Of a DNA stretch of 64,000 nt, positions 18,106 to 27,029 are shown piece after piece. The position numbers and the translations under genes are program-made. Origin of the DNA: Lentisphaerae bacterium GWF2_49_21 (GTDB taxonomy: Bacteria > Verrucomicrobiota > Lentisphaeria > Victivallales > GWF2-50-93); assembly GCA_001804805.1 (NCBI GenBank), contig MHBH01000033.1, positions 62,882 to 126,881 of the forward strand, given 5' to 3'. The notes below the pieces were generated by a model. It saw nothing but the letters and a program-made list of their open reading frames with translations, was not told the origin of the DNA and did not search any database. Each line of letters begins with the position of its first letter. Positions within the stretch are counted from its first letter, which is position 1.

Positions 18106-19404
18106 ATGAATAAAAAATGGCTTTTGCAGGAAATTGAAACCTGGATCAGTGCCGGGATAATCGACCGTGCCCAGGCCGACAGGATTTCCGCGATTTACCC
18201 GGAGACAAAGCCTTCCCGGAACTGGGGAGCCCTGATATTCTCCGTAATAGGAGCGATCATCTTCGGCCTTGGCATAATCCTCCTTTTCGCCTATAACTGG
18301 GATGCTATCCCGAAATTTGCGAAGCTCGCAATTATTTTTTCCGCCCTGGCCGGTGCGCACGGCGCAGGCTTCTATTTCAGGACTAGGGGTGAAAAATTCT
18401 CCGCACTTTCCGAAGCGATGTTCGCACTTGGCACCATGCTTTTCGGATCAGGCATCTGGCTCATTGCCCAGATCTACAACATCGATGAACATTACCCGAA
18501 CGCCTTCATCGTGTGGGGTGCTGGCGCGCTCCTCCTCGCCTGGAGCCTGCCGTCGGTTGTCCAGGGGACGATGGCGTCAATCCTATTCGTCCTGTGGAAC
18601 TCCTTCGAGAATTTCGACTTCGACTCGAAGACCAATATTGCACCTTTCCTGATCCTGATCTGCATATTTCCGCTGGCCTGGAAAATGCGTTCAAAGATCC
18701 TGATGGCGGTTGCAATACCCGCATTCGTACTGTCCATCCTGTTCAACTGCCACTGGTTCTTTGAGCGGGTCGGTCCCTCAATATTCATATCTGTCGCCGG
18801 GCTTCTCATAGGACTTTCCATAATAGTCAGGAAAAGGGAATGGTTCCCCGAGACCTCCGGGCTTTTCACATTCTATGGGAACATTCTTTACTGGTCCTCC
18901 CTCTACGTATTCACCTTCCCGGCTGCCGACAGTCACATTTTCAGGAATTACTGGTATCATGATATATATGCGACGTTTTATGTCCTTGCTTTTGCGGCTG
19001 CGGCAATCGTCGCATGGTCGATGGTGATACTGCCTCTCGGAAAAATCAAGGAGGACCTTGGCAAGCTCTACCGCGTGGACCATTTTGCAGTTCCCGTGAC
19101 AGTTCTGGCGGTGACGCTGAATTTCGGCTGGCTGTCAGAATTTGGAGGATGGGGAGGGGCTGCTGTCTTCAACCTGGTTTTCCTGTTCCAGAGCGTTATG
19201 CTCATCGCGTTCGGATGCAGGAACCTGAATTCCAAGCTGACCGCAGCCGGCACTATCATGCTCGCATTCCTGGCGTTCGCGAGATACGCGGATCTCTTCG
19301 ACAGCCTTCTCGTCCGGGGAATTGTCTTTCTCGGAGTAGGGGCGGGGATCTTCATTGTCGGAATGCTCTATGCGAGAAGGAAGAAAGAAGCGGTGAAGAC
19401 ATGA
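18106..19404 (+). CDS. polytopic membrane protein, DUF2157-like
   Basis: Soluble N-terminal WLLQEIETWISAGIIDRAQADRISAIY, then about 11 hydrophobic helices. Pairing with a GDYXXLXY protein is characteristic of this family. Confidence 0.7.
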   Translation: MNKKWLLQEIETWISAGIIDRAQADRISAIYPETKPSRNWGALIFSVIGAIIFGLGIILLFAYNWDAIPKFAKLAIIFSALAGAHGAGFYFRTRGEKFSALSEAMFALGTMLFGSGIWLIAQIYNIDEHYPNAFIVWGAGALLLAWSLPSVVQGTMASILFVLWNSFENFDFDSKTNIAPFLILICIFPLAWKMRSKILMAVAIPAFVLSILFNCHWFFERVGPSIFISVAGLLIGLSIIVRKREWFPETSGLFTFYGNILYWSSLYVFTFPAADSHIFRNYWYHDIYATFYVLAFAAAAIVAWSMVILPLGKIKEDLGKLYRVDHFAVPVTVLAVTLNFGWLSEFGGWGGAAVFNLVFLFQSVMLIAFGCRNLNSKLTAAGTIMLAFLAFARYADLFDSLLVRGIVFLGVGAGIFIVGMLYARRKKEAVKT

Positions 19405-20444
19405 GGAACATATTCATAGCGGTTTCATTGATTCTCCAGCTGGCCGTACTTCTCTACATGGCCGGATACAGGGAGATGATAATAATGACCGGCAAGACTG
19501 TGTTCCTGCGGACCATGCCCGTCGATCCGAGGGATCCTTTCCGCGGCGACTACGTCAGCCTGAACTATGAGATTTCCCTGGTTTCAAGGAAAGATGTGAA
19601 AGGATTATATTCAGATGAAAAAGGGGGGAAGTTCTACGTCCGGTTAAAGAAAGAAGATAACGGCCTGTACTCATTTGACGGCTGTTCTGCGGAGATGCCG
19701 GCAAAGGATTCTGTCTTCATAAAAGGAAGGAATGTCGATTGGTGGGGATGGGGGAATAAGAGCAGGATACTGCATCTGAAGTATGGGATCGAGAAATATT
19801 TCGTCCAGCAGAAGAGAGGACTGGAGATAGAGAGGAAAGCCGGATGGATGAACGAAATACACATTCCGCTCGAGATGGAAGTGTCACTTGGAAGCGATGG
19901 TACTGCCGTTGCCAGGGGATATCGCTGGAGTCCTCTCGGGATAGGCCTCCAGGTAATTGAAAGCCCGGTGCGGACTGGCTGGCAGGACGGTACGGTGCAA
20001 AATCCCGCGTTGGCCAAGGACAGCAAGATACGCAAAAGCCCAAAGATCAGGATTACGCTCCAGAATGTCTCCGGCAAGCCGCTTGCAATTGTGAACCTTC
20101 CGGACTTCAGATCCTTTGCCATTGAGACATCAGAACCATCTATGAAGGAATGGAAGTTCACCGGTACTCCTGTAGCTCCGGTCCTGCCTGCAAATGAAAA
20201 TGTGATTGTTCTCAAGCCCGATGAGAAGTCGACATTCGACTTTGATTTTGCCGAACCACGCTGGTTCGTAGAAGGTAAGAACGGGCCGGAAGAGATCGGC
20301 ACCGCCACCAACCAGTGGAGCGACATGTTCAGGTTCATCTATGCTCCTCCTGCTGCCGAGGAATGCAAGAGCCTCGATCGCAGGGACATAATCTGGCATG
20401 GGAAGCTCCAGTCCCGCCGCTTCAGCTCCGGAAGAATGGATTGA
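19401..20444 (+). CDS. GDYXXLXY-domain protein with extended C-terminal beta-rich domain
   Basis: ATG 19401 overlaps the upstream stop (ATGA). N-terminal TM helix, then PVDPRDPFRGDYVSLNYEI, the GDYXXLXY signature. Confidence 0.75.
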   Translation: MRNIFIAVSLILQLAVLLYMAGYREMIIMTGKTVFLRTMPVDPRDPFRGDYVSLNYEISLVSRKDVKGLYSDEKGGKFYVRLKKEDNGLYSFDGCSAEMPAKDSVFIKGRNVDWWGWGNKSRILHLKYGIEKYFVQQKRGLEIERKAGWMNEIHIPLEMEVSLGSDGTAVARGYRWSPLGIGLQVIESPVRTGWQDGTVQNPALAKDSKIRKSPKIRITLQNVSGKPLAIVNLPDFRSFAIETSEPSMKEWKFTGTPVAPVLPANENVIVLKPDEKSTFDFDFAEPRWFVEGKNGPEEIGTATNQWSDMFRFIYAPPAAEECKSLDRRDIIWHGKLQSRRFSSGRMD

Positions 20445-20470
20445 ATCCGATTGCCTGGATAGAGAACAAA

Positions 20471-21484
20471 ATGACCAGAAAAGAATCCTTTAAAATGTCA
20501 TTGGCCCGGAAAATAGCCGCTCCGGTGCCTTTTTCTGTGAAATTCACTGTGGAAGCCAGAAAGAGATATTCTTGTTACATAGGCAGGACTTTCAATGAAG
20601 TCGAGGATTCTGGCACCTACGTTGTCGTTTCCCATACCAACAACGGCTGGTGGGAACTAAGGCCCGGTTATTTCAGGGACTATTTTGGCGTGGTATGGAA
20701 CAAGACCGTTGACAGGACTCTCGGTGTCGTTGAAGAGCCTCTCATAGTGGAGCCATCGATCGACTCCTATGACTTTCCATCTCCTGGAAATCTGCCGGTC
20801 TACAGGTTCATTGAGGAGAACAACCGGAAATATCCGGAACATTTTCACATGCTGTCGATCGGATTCACACTGTTCGAAAGGGCATGGTCGTTGACCGGCA
20901 TGGAACAGCTGATGATATGGATGATTTCCGAACCCGGATTCATACATGAATTGTTGGACGAGATCACCAAATACAATATAGGAGTCATAGAAAAGGCTGC
21001 CGGGATGGGTGGTATCGACTGCGTTCATTTCGGTGATGACTGGGGTTCCCAGCATGGTCCTCTGATCGCTCCGGAAATGTGGAGGGAATTCATCAAGCCA
21101 CGCTTTAAAAGGACCTGCGATGCTGCTCGGAGGCATGGATTGTATGTAAGCCTCCACAGCTGCGGAAACGTAGAGGCGCTGATTCCCGATATGATTGACT
21201 GCGGAGTTGACGTCTTTGATCCTTTCCAGCCCGAGGCTATGGACATATGGAAATTGTACAGGGAATACAGGGAGCGGATAGCGTTCTGGGGCGGACTCAG
21301 TGTGCAGAAGACGTTTCCCTATGGAAGCCCTGATGATGTCAGGAACGAAGGTATCCGCCTTCTGAAGGAAATGGGCGGAAAGGGCGGCTACATACTCGCC
21401 CCTTCCCACTCGTTGAGCGGGGATGTGCCTCCTGAGAATATAAAAGCCTTCCTTGACCTGGCGAATAATCAAGGAAACCTCTGA
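20471..21484 (+). CDS. uroporphyrinogen decarboxylase (URO-D) family protein, MtaA/CmuA-like
   Basis: HFGDDWGSQHGPLIAPEMWREFIKPRFKRTCDAARRHGLYVSLHSCGNVEALIPDMIDCGVDVFDPFQPEAMD is typical of the URO-D TIM-barrel family. I prefer start ATG 20471. Confidence 0.75.
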   Translation: MTRKESFKMSLARKIAAPVPFSVKFTVEARKRYSCYIGRTFNEVEDSGTYVVVSHTNNGWWELRPGYFRDYFGVVWNKTVDRTLGVVEEPLIVEPSIDSYDFPSPGNLPVYRFIEENNRKYPEHFHMLSIGFTLFERAWSLTGMEQLMIWMISEPGFIHELLDEITKYNIGVIEKAAGMGGIDCVHFGDDWGSQHGPLIAPEMWREFIKPRFKRTCDAARRHGLYVSLHSCGNVEALIPDMIDCGVDVFDPFQPEAMDIWKLYREYRERIAFWGGLSVQKTFPYGSPDDVRNEGIRLLKEMGGKGGYILAPSHSLSGDVPPENIKAFLDLANNQGNL

Positions 21485-21605
21485 GCTTCCCTCTGAGGCT
21501 GCCTTAAAAATTCATTATTTCGCATAATCCCGTTTGCATTGGATTGCTGGGTCATTAAATTAAGGTGCGTGCACCCGAGTGCATGAACGGGACTAGGGAT
21601 GACCC

Positions 21606-21730
21606 GTCTTCGCCTCAGAGGCTACGCCGAGGCAGGATGGGTGGTTGGAAATTTGAAATTGAAAAAAGAATGTGGAACAGGCGTCTCGCCTGTGTTAAGG
21701 AAGAAGGAAAATTACAGGCGGGACGCCTGT
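21606..21730 (+). repeat. REP family 2 composite element
   Basis: CTTCGCCTCAGAGGCTACGCCGAGGCAGG...TTGGAAATTTGAAATT...AGAATGTGGA-ACAGGCG-TCT-CGCCTGT (hairpin 21678-21694), plus a second hairpin ACAGGCG-GGA-CGCCTGT (21714-21730). Confidence 0.85.
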
Positions 21731-21803
21731 ACCACGTTATAAAATACAAATCACAGACAAGACCTGTCCTGAGCATGTCGAAGGATGCCTGTGTTACATT
21801 AAA

Positions 21804-22814
21804 ATGAAAAACCTTACAAGAAAAGATATTGCGAAAGCCGCGGGAGTCTCCCCTTCAACGGTGTCGCGTGCGCTTTCAGGAAGTCCGCTTCTGCCGAAGA
21901 AGACCATCGAGCATGTCACCAGAATCGCTGCAAAACTCGGTTACAGGCCGAACATCCTGGCAAGGCGCCTCGCTTCAAACAGGAGTTTCCAGATCGCGTT
22001 CGCGGTCGAGTTGTGGACAGGCACCCGAAGAGGTCCGATCCAGATGTCATACTATTCCGCGATCCTCGATGCGATGGTCTCGGAGGCCTTCAAAAGGAAC
22101 TACAGCGTGCTTGTACAGCCCTACACAAAGGATGAAGAGTCTTTTGTGGAGCATTTTACGAATCTAATACAGACGAAGCATGCCGACGGACTTGTATTCG
22201 CCGGGCTTGCAATTAAAAGTGGAATTCCCGCCGAACTCACCAGAAGACAGCTCCCGTTCGTGGTCATAGGATCAAAACCCGGGAAGGATAAATTTGTGTC
22301 TGTCAATGCCGATCCTTATCCGGCAATGGTGGAAATGTTCGAGGTGCTGATGGCAAAGAAATACAAGAGGATCTTCTTCGTCGAAGGCGACATGAACTTC
22401 TATCATGCCATTTCACACAGGGACGCGTTCATGAAAGCCCTGAAGAAGAGCTCGCTGAAGCTGGCCGGATTCATCGAAGGTGACTATTCGAGGAGGCGCG
22501 GCTACAGCATGGCACCGGAAATCATCGTCGATAAAAGGAAAGGTGACTGTGTTTTTTTCTCAAATGACAGGATGGCCACCGGATTCTACAGGTACTGTTA
22601 TGAGAACAAGGTCTCCATTCCTGATGAGATAGGGGTGGTCGGCAGCGACGACGATGAATCGGCGCTGGTGCTTTATCCTGAGCTCAGCACGATCCGCCAG
22701 CCGCGTGTCGAAATGGGCGCGGCGGCAGTGAACCTGCTGGTTGACGTGCTTGAGAAGAAGAAGCCGGAGCCGGTGGTCATCCCGAACAGTTTCATTGCAA
22801 GAAGATCAATTTAA
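21804..22814 (+). CDS. LacI family transcriptional regulator
   Basis: HTH IAKAAGVSPSTVSRALSGSPLLPKKTIEHVTRIAAKLGYRPN plus a PBP1 core (VFFSNDRMATGFY, EIGVVGSDD). Confidence 0.9.
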   Translation: MKNLTRKDIAKAAGVSPSTVSRALSGSPLLPKKTIEHVTRIAAKLGYRPNILARRLASNRSFQIAFAVELWTGTRRGPIQMSYYSAILDAMVSEAFKRNYSVLVQPYTKDEESFVEHFTNLIQTKHADGLVFAGLAIKSGIPAELTRRQLPFVVIGSKPGKDKFVSVNADPYPAMVEMFEVLMAKKYKRIFFVEGDMNFYHAISHRDAFMKALKKSSLKLAGFIEGDYSRRRGYSMAPEIIVDKRKGDCVFFSNDRMATGFYRYCYENKVSIPDEIGVVGSDDDESALVLYPELSTIRQPRVEMGAAAVNLLVDVLEKKKPEPVVIPNSFIARRSI

Positions 22815-22827
22815 AAGAAAGAAAAGT

Positions 22828-22945
22828 TGACAGGATAACAGGATTGGCAGGATTGTTCAAAAGGATTAAGAATGGAATTTATTGATATGTCGAGATTGAT
22901 GATTGTATTGTTTTAAAAACATCCAGTAAATCCTGTTATCCTGTC
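22828..22945. repeat. 118-bp element bounded by perfect 17-bp inverted repeats
   Basis: GACAGGATAACAGGATT (22828-22844) and AATCCTGTTATCCTGTC (22929-22945). Sits between LacI and the oxidoreductase. Confidence 0.9.
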
Positions 22946-22975
22946 CATGTAAAATAATTTAATTAAGAGGTAAAA

Positions 22976-24073
22976 ATGAAAGAGAAGATGAAAGTTGGAC
23001 TGATAGGTTGCGGCAATATCAGCGGCGCCTATCTGAAAGCGGCGAAGACGTTTGAATTCATGGAGATCTCGAAATGCGCGGACCTTAATCCCGCGGCAGC
23101 AGAAGCCAAGGCCAGGGAATTCGGAATGCAGGCTGTATCAGTGGAAAAGCTGCTCGCAGATCCTGAGATCAGGATCATCCTCAATCTCACAATCCCAAAA
23201 GCCCACACGGAAGTTAATCTCAAGGCTCTAAATGCCGGAAAGCATGTCCATTGCGAAAAGCCTCTCGCGATCACACGCGCAGACGGGGCGAAGGTTGTGG
23301 AGCTTGCAAAAAAGAAGAAGCTCCTCGTCGGATGCGCACCCGACACGTTCCTCGGCGCAGGAATCCAGACCTGCAGGAAGCTGATTGACGACGGCTGGAT
23401 CGGCAGGCCTGTCGCAGGCACAGCGTTCATGATGTGCCACGGACATGAGAGCTGGCATCCGAACGCAGGTTTCTACTACCAGACAGGAGGCGGACCGACT
23501 CTTGACATGGGGCCGTATTACATCACCGCGCTCGTGAACCTTCTCGGTCCGGTGAAAAGAATATGCGCCTGTACTTCCAGGGCGTATGACAAAAGATTTG
23601 CGACATGCAAGGAACTTTACGGACAGAAACTTCCCGTGGAAGTCGAGACGCACCAGGCAGGTGTCCTTGAGTTCGCCAATGGAGCTGTCATTACGGTCGT
23701 CATGAGCTTCGATGTGTGGAAACATGATCACTCGAACATTGAAATCTATGGGACTGAAGGAAGTATGAGGGTTCCGGATCCGAACGGCTTCGGCGGCCCA
23801 GTGAAGCTTTCCAAGCCTGGAGCTGACTGGCAGGAGATCCCCCTTTCACACTGCTATGCCGACAACATGCGGAGCATCGGTGTTGCAGACATGGTGAAGG
23901 CGATCCAGGACAGGAGGATCAACCGTTGCAGCGGAGACCTGGCGTTCCACGTGCTCGATGTCATGCTGGCGTTCGAGGAGTCATCAAAGAGCGGGAAGCA
24001 TATTGTCCTGAAAAGCAGCTGCAAGAAACCTGCGGCCCTGCCGCTCGGACTGCATAAGGGGGAGCTTGATTAA
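22976..24073 (+). CDS. Gfo/Idh/MocA family oxidoreductase
   Basis: Rossmann N-terminus KVGLIGCGNISGAYL, and the EKP motif (HVHCEKPLA). Confidence 0.9.
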   Translation: MKEKMKVGLIGCGNISGAYLKAAKTFEFMEISKCADLNPAAAEAKAREFGMQAVSVEKLLADPEIRIILNLTIPKAHTEVNLKALNAGKHVHCEKPLAITRADGAKVVELAKKKKLLVGCAPDTFLGAGIQTCRKLIDDGWIGRPVAGTAFMMCHGHESWHPNAGFYYQTGGGPTLDMGPYYITALVNLLGPVKRICACTSRAYDKRFATCKELYGQKLPVEVETHQAGVLEFANGAVITVVMSFDVWKHDHSNIEIYGTEGSMRVPDPNGFGGPVKLSKPGADWQEIPLSHCYADNMRSIGVADMVKAIQDRRINRCSGDLAFHVLDVMLAFEESSKSGKHIVLKSSCKKPAALPLGLHKGELD

Positions 24074-24106
24074 AGACCGAACCGGAGAATCGGAGTATCG
24101 GAGAAG

Positions 24107-24216
24107 GGGATTTGAAATTAGAATGTAACACAGGCGTCTCGCCTGTGGATATTAAAAAATAGGAGCGCCGGCATCTTGCCGGCAATAAATTAATGCCAGC
24201 GAGACGCTGGCGCTCC
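24107..24216 (+). repeat. REP family 2 composite element (three hairpins)
   Basis: GATTTGAAATTAGAATGTAAC-ACAGGCG-TCT-CGCCTGT (24130-24146), then GGAGCGCC-GCCGGCA-TCT-TGCCGGC ... GCCAGCG-AGA-CGCTGGC-GCTCC (24162-24216). Confidence 0.85.
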
Positions 24217-24236
24217 ATAAAGAAAAGGAAATTAAA

Positions 24237-24896
24237 ATGAGCAAGAAAGCTTTGATCGTGTGGGGCGGCTGGAATGGCCATGAGCCCGAACAGTGTGGAA
24301 AGGTTGTCGCAGAAATCCTGAAAAAGGAAGGTTTCGAAGTTGAAGTGTCAGCTACCCTCGACAGCTATCTCGATGAGAAGAAAATGATGGCTCTAGATCT
24401 TGTCGTTCCTGTCTGGACAATGGGGCAGATAACAGGAGACCAGGAAAAGGGTCTCATGAATGCCGTGAAGAGCGGCGTTGGAATCGCCGGCTGGCACGGT
24501 GGAATGTGTGACTCCTTCAGGAACAACACGGGATATCAGTTCATGACTGGCGGGCAGTGGGTCGCCCATCCCGGCGGAATAGTTGAATACGAAGTAAACA
24601 TTGTCAAGGCGAAACAGAATGATCCTATAGTCAAGGGGATCGCGGATTTCAAAATGAAGTCCGAGCAGTATTATATGCATACCGATCCGGGCAATGAAGT
24701 TCTTGCCACGACGACTTTTTCAGGTGCGCATGAGGACATCGGCTGGATCAAGGGCACGGTGATGCCGGTGGTCTGGAAACGCATGTTCGGGAAAGGGAAG
24801 GTGTTCTATACATCGCTCGGACATGTCGCCAAGGACTTCGATGTCCCCGAGGCGAAGGAGATTGTCAGGAGAGGCTGCCTGTGGGCGACGAGATAA
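24237..24896 (+). CDS. ThuA-domain (trehalose-utilisation-like) protein
   Basis: [13 protein letters not shown] ... [18 protein letters not shown] fits the ThuA-like class-I amidotransferase-fold family. Flanked by two Gfo/Idh/MocA genes. Confidence 0.8.
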   Translation: MSKKALIVWGGWNGHEPEQCGKVVAEILKKEGFEVEVSATLDSYLDEKKMMALDLVVPVWTMGQITGDQEKGLMNAVKSGVGIAGWHGGMCDSFRNNTGYQFMTGGQWVAHPGGIVEYEVNIVKAKQNDPIVKGIADFKMKSEQYYMHTDPGNEVLATTTFSGAHEDIGWIKGTVMPVVWKRMFGKGKVFYTSLGHVAKDFDVPEAKEIVRRGCLWATR

Positions 24897-24903
24897 GCGA
24901 ACC

Positions 24904-25002
24904 CGCCTTCGCTGAGATGCTACGGCGTGGCAGGCCGGTGATTGGATTGTAATTTGGAATTGGAAATTTAATTAAGAATGTAGAACAGGCGTCTCGCCTG
25001 TG
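24904..25002 (+). repeat. REP family 2 composite element
   Basis: CGCCTTCGCTGAGATGCTACGGCGTGGCAGG...TTTGGAATTGGAAATTTAATTAAGAATGTAGA-ACAGGCG-TCT-CGCCTGT (hairpin 24985-25001). Collinear with 21606-21695. Confidence 0.85.
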
Positions 25003-25023
25003 ACATTTATTAAGAAGGAGAAC

Positions 25024-26058
25024 ATGAAAAAATTCAAGAGTGCTTCTGAGATCAAGGTCGGCGTGATTGGCTACGGCGGTGCTTTCAACATGGGGCGCGC
25101 CCATCTGAACGAGATGAAGAAGGCGGGAATGACCCCGACAGCTGTTGCGGAAATCGACGAGGAGCGTCTGAAGGTCGCTGAGGCGGAGTTTCCAGGAATT
25201 GAGACATACACGTCTGTTTCTGAAATGCTGAAGAAGTCCAAGGTGAATCTTCTCGCGATCATCACTCCTCACAATACACATGCGAAACTCGCACTCCAGT
25301 GCCTGAAGGCTGGAAGGCATATAGTCTGTGAGAAACCTCTCGCGATAACTACCGCCGAATGCGATGCGATGATCGCAGAAGCGAAAAAGAGGAAACTCGT
25401 GGCAAGCACGTACCATAACCGTCACTGGGATGGCTGCATCCTTGATGCGGTCAGGAAAGTCCGCAGTGGTGCCATAGGGGAAGTTGTCAGGATCGAAGCT
25501 CACATGGGCGGCTGGGGAAAGCCGGGTGACTGGTGGCGTACGAGCCGCACGATCTCCGGAGGAATCATGTATGACTGGGGAGTTCATCTTCTTGAGTATT
25601 CGCTCCAGATATTGAAGGATGAGAAGATCAAGGAGGTATCAGGTTTTGCAAAAACAGGCTTCTGGGCCCCGAAGACGAAATGGAAGAACGATTCGAACGA
25701 GGATGAAGGTTTTGCAGTTGTCCGTTTCAAGTCCGGAAAATGGCTGACATTGATCATTTCTTCAATTGAGTCAAAGCCTAAAGAGGGAACTGTCGAGATA
25801 ACGGGTACCAAAGGCACTCTGGTGATGAACCATGGCGACTGGAAGCTCATCACGCACAAGGATGGAGTGACTGTCACTGAAACAGGCAAGAATCCCCAGA
25901 GCGAAGGATGGAAGCTGTATCAGAATGTCGCGGACCATATTGTAAAGGGCGAAAAGCTCATCATCACTCCCGAATGGGCGCGCCGTCCGATACACATACT
26001 TGAACTTGCCTCCAGGAGTGCGAAGGCCGGAACGGTCCTCAAGGCGAAATACGAATAA
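25024..26058 (+). CDS. Gfo/Idh/MocA family oxidoreductase
   Basis: KVGVIGYGGAFNMG Rossmann motif, HIVCEKPLA. ATG 25024 is preceded by AAGGAG. Confidence 0.9.
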   Translation: MKKFKSASEIKVGVIGYGGAFNMGRAHLNEMKKAGMTPTAVAEIDEERLKVAEAEFPGIETYTSVSEMLKKSKVNLLAIITPHNTHAKLALQCLKAGRHIVCEKPLAITTAECDAMIAEAKKRKLVASTYHNRHWDGCILDAVRKVRSGAIGEVVRIEAHMGGWGKPGDWWRTSRTISGGIMYDWGVHLLEYSLQILKDEKIKEVSGFAKTGFWAPKTKWKNDSNEDEGFAVVRFKSGKWLTLIISSIESKPKEGTVEITGTKGTLVMNHGDWKLITHKDGVTVTETGKNPQSEGWKLYQNVADHIVKGEKLIITPEWARRPIHILELASRSAKAGTVLKAKYE

Positions 26059-26085
26059 ATTCAGGCGACAGCCTGAATTTATGAT

Positions 26086-26961
26086 ATGAAATCTTCTGAT
26101 ATCCAGATACGGGATCCTTTCATCCTTCCGGTCCCGGAGGAGGGGTGCTATTATCTTTTCGGGACGACTGACAAGAACGCGTGGGGCGGACCGGGAACAG
26201 GATTTGACTGTTATCGTGGAAAGGATCTGGAGAACTGGGAAGGGCCGATAACTGCGTTCAGGCCTCCAAAGGATTTTTGGGCGACTACCCAGTTCTGGGC
26301 GCCGGAGGTGCATCGGTATGAAGGCAAATATTATATGTTCGCATCATTCAAGGCGGACGGAGTCTGCCGTGGGACACAGATACTTGTCTCTGAAAAGCCG
26401 GAAGGCCCATATATGCCATTGACATCCGGACCTGTGACGCCACGCGACTGGGAATGTCTTGATGGGACGCTTTTTGTCGATGATGGGGATGATTCGTGGA
26501 TCGTGTTCTGCCACGAATGGCTCCAAGTTGGGGACGGCACAATCTGCGCCATGAGGATTTCAAAGGATTTGAAACGGGCGGCTGACGAGCCGCTTCTTCT
26601 CTTCCATGGTTCAGAAGCGCCTTGGGGAAGGGCTAATCATGAAAAAAAATACGTGACTGACGGTCCGTTCATCTATCATACTGCGAGCTCCGGTCTCCTG
26701 ATGCTCTGGTCGAGCGACGGCAAGGACGGATATGCGATGGGAATTGCGAAATCCGCAAACGGGAAGATAACGGGTCCATGGACGCATGAACCGGAGCCGA
26801 TATACGGCAAGGACGGTGGGCACGGAATGATCTTCAGGACTTTTGAGGGCCAGCTGATGATGACGCTTCACCGTCCGAACAAGACGCCGGAAGAAAGGCC
26901 AATTATCATGAGGATAAATGATCAAGATGGAGTTTTGAGTGTTTTTCAGACATGTTCATGA
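26086..26961 (+). CDS. glycoside hydrolase family 43 (beta-xylosidase / alpha-L-arabinofuranosidase-like), no signal peptide
   Basis: IRDPFILPVPEEGCYYLFGT (catalytic Asp region), FWAPEVHRYEGKYYMF and DGTLFVD are five-bladed-propeller GH43 patterns. Confidence 0.85.
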   Translation: MKSSDIQIRDPFILPVPEEGCYYLFGTTDKNAWGGPGTGFDCYRGKDLENWEGPITAFRPPKDFWATTQFWAPEVHRYEGKYYMFASFKADGVCRGTQILVSEKPEGPYMPLTSGPVTPRDWECLDGTLFVDDGDDSWIVFCHEWLQVGDGTICAMRISKDLKRAADEPLLLFHGSEAPWGRANHEKKYVTDGPFIYHTASSGLLMLWSSDGKDGYAMGIAKSANGKITGPWTHEPEPIYGKDGGHGMIFRTFEGQLMMTLHRPNKTPEERPIIMRINDQDGVLSVFQTCS

Positions 26962-27029
26962 TTCCATATCATTTCTTGCCTTTAAGTGATGGGAGCATTA
27001 CGTTATCTCCGTGAATAAACGGGGGTATT

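Noticed and set aside
19014-19400. N-terminal 129-aa extension of the GDYXXLXY ORF (track start 19014)
   Set aside because: It overlaps the 3' end of the DUF2157-like gene in another frame and is Arg/Gly/Pro-rich. ATG 19401 gives a normal TM-anchored N-terminus and ATGA coupling.
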